NCBI GenBank assembly: GCA_963575745.1
Contig: CAUYUJ010000231.1
Location: 1 to 64,000 of the forward strand
Source: Prorocentrum cordatum
Lineage: Eukaryota
Reading direction: 5' to 3'
DNA: 64,000 nt
The translations under genes were made by a program, and so were the position numbers. Shown here in pieces: positions 62,190 to 64,000 of the stretch; position 1 is the first letter of the stretch; each line of letters begins with the position of its first letter. The notes under the pieces were generated by a model. The model did not search any database. It was not told the DNA's origin and worked only from the letters and a program-made list of their open reading frames with translations.

Positions 62190-62346
62190 CATAAACAACT
62201 CGGAGGTCCGCGCGGATTTCTCGGATCGGCGCTGGGACCCCGTGGCGGCGCCTCCGGCGCCGCCCCTGGCGCGCTCCGCGCGCCAGGGAGGGGGGCCCAG
62301 CACGGATCCAAGAAATCCGCGCGGACCTCCGAGTTTTTATGTTTAT
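62190..62346. mobile_element. MITE-like family 2 (GC-rich, ~150 bp)
   Basis: Inverted arms AACTCGGAGGTCCGCGCGGATTTCTCGGATC / GATCCAAGAAATCCGCGCGGACCTCCGAGTT. Related copies near 3765-3900, 35660-35765, 59895-60050, 60910-61040 and 62860-62990. Confidence 0.65.
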
Positions 62347-64000
62347 GTCACTTTTTGTTCCCCTAGGGAGGGAGCAGGATCAGATCAGCAGCGAAAGAAG
62401 CACGCACACGTAGGCGAATCCACGTGGCTTTCAAGAGTGCGCACTGCGCCAACGTTCACATCACGCGGCCCGTCTCGCGGATCGGAGGGCTGTGTTCGTG
62501 TACATGCTTGGGCGCGTACGTTTTGTCTGGGCTCACTCTTGATCGAGGGAGGGAGCAGGATCTCCGTGGGCCCCAGAAACGGCAGGCCGTTTTTCACCGT
62601 TTCCGAAAAAGCGCCTCTTGAAAGTGGAAGCGGTAAAAAGACGGGAACCGGAAGCGGCAAAAATTGCTCCAGAATCGGAGTTGGAGCCGTAATCGGCAAA
62701 CCAACGGCGACGGAACCAGAAAACGAACTTCGCTGGAACAGGCACACACAAAACGATAGAACGAAATCCGTAAAAAGACGGTCTTGTCGTTTCCAGGGCC
62801 TACTACAATAAGAGAAGGCTGACCTCAAAAGCGAAGCAATGGCATAAGCATGACTCTCCAGAGATCCGCGCGGACTCGGATGGGCGCTGTGGTCCTGCTG
62901 GCGGCGCCGCCCCAGGCGCCGCCCCGGGCGCACTCCGCGTGCCAGGGAGGAGGTTTTAAGCGCTGATCCAAGAAATCCGCGCGGACTTTCGAGAAGGTTT
63001 CTGTTCCTCAGAGGCCAGCAACATATGTACACGTACGCGGTTAGCTTCCCCTGGAGGGCGTTTGAATGAGGACGTTCGTGCACTCAAGATCGCGGAGGGC
63101 GTACATGTACATATGTCGTTGCTCGCTCAGTTCCTGCTCTTCTTGCCCCTCTGCGTGAAAAGTGGTGTCACGGGTGGGGTCTCGTCGACGCCGATCACGG
63201 CCAGCGTCCGTGCCGGACGTCGCAGGCTCGCGAGGATGATCCACGAGTTGACGACGGCCAGGGTGGACGACGACGAACATCGGATCCCTGCCCTCCTGCA
63301 TATCTCTTCCCTCTTCCTCTTTCTCCTACATCTCTCCTCCTCTTCCTCCTCCTCCTCCTCCTCCTCTCTCTTCCTCCTCCTCCTCCTCCCCTCCTCCGCT
63401 TCCTCCTCCTCCTCCTCAGCCTCTGTCATGGTCATCATTTTTGTTTCCCTCCAGGTTGATGAGCTTGGAGCGCAAGCGGCGCGGGGCTTCGGCCATGACG
63501 CGGGTCGGCCAGCCCCGTCTGATCCCCTCTGGGCGCCCTTGGCTTTTGGAGCCCCGCGGGGCCGATCCTCCTCCCGCTCCCGTCCCACCGCTGACGTGGG
63601 GTCGGAATCTTCTCCGCGGCCGGTTCAGGGTCCTCGCGGCGTGGTTCTTCAAACAGTGGCGAAGCGTCCCGGCTCGCCTATAGCCCCGCCAAACAAGGTT
63701 CTAAGAAGTTTTCGTAGTTCCCACGAAATGTTCTTAGAACATTTCTGGCGGAGTCTGTACTGTTTCAGCACATCGGGTTTATGCTATAAGAACATCGTTT
63801 TTGTTCTCAGACCATTTTTGGTTTCTAAGAACATTTCGTGGTAGGACTATAGGAATGCCGGGACGGTCGGTCCCTGGTCAAGTTCTGGCTGGCTCCGCTT
63901 AGCGCTGACCCCTGTGAGCGCACCCGTGAAGGAGGAGGAGCGTTCGGTAGCAGCTCGAGGGAGCCTTGCATGGCGCAATTCTGTGTTCGGTCTGCACTGG

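Noticed and set aside
62990..63520. Candidate next kinase exons after MLVVDPSSR
   Set aside because: No AG-flanked segment gave a convincing subdomain XI continuation, so it is left uncalled.

Overview
This is GC-rich, repeat-laden eukaryotic DNA. GA/GC splice donors, tiny exons in huge introns and the repeat content suggest a dinoflagellate (inference). Two main objects explain the window. (1) A + strand host Ser/Thr protein kinase gene can be spliced in frame from 10 small exons between 3044 and 62070; its 5' and 3' ends were not located. It carries a PDZ-like domain inserted inside the kinase domain, between APE and DVWSLG. (2) A recent 16.4-kb Ty1/copia LTR retrotransposon (11094-27489) sits in the 25.5-kb intron of that gene. 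It has ~98% identical 282/283-bp LTRs, a tRNA-iMet-type PBS and a 7(-9)-bp TSD. Its ~5,300-codon polyprotein carries unusual cargo besides Gag, PR, IN, RT and RNase H: a Tpt1/KptA NAD-dependent RNA 2'-phosphotransferase domain with apparently intact catalytic motifs, a RING-H2 finger, an SH3/Tudor-like domain and two cytosine-C5-methyltransferase-like domains. Gag-PR and the rest of pol are in frame, separated only by UGA-CGG followed by a 12-bp stem-loop, a likely programmed readthrough signal. The element also carries about 35 GCGGG-GNNA-CCCGC mini-hairpins. The rest of the window is MITE-like foldbacks, a decayed copia fragment, satellites and microsatellites. All domain calls are by eye from motifs; no searches were run.
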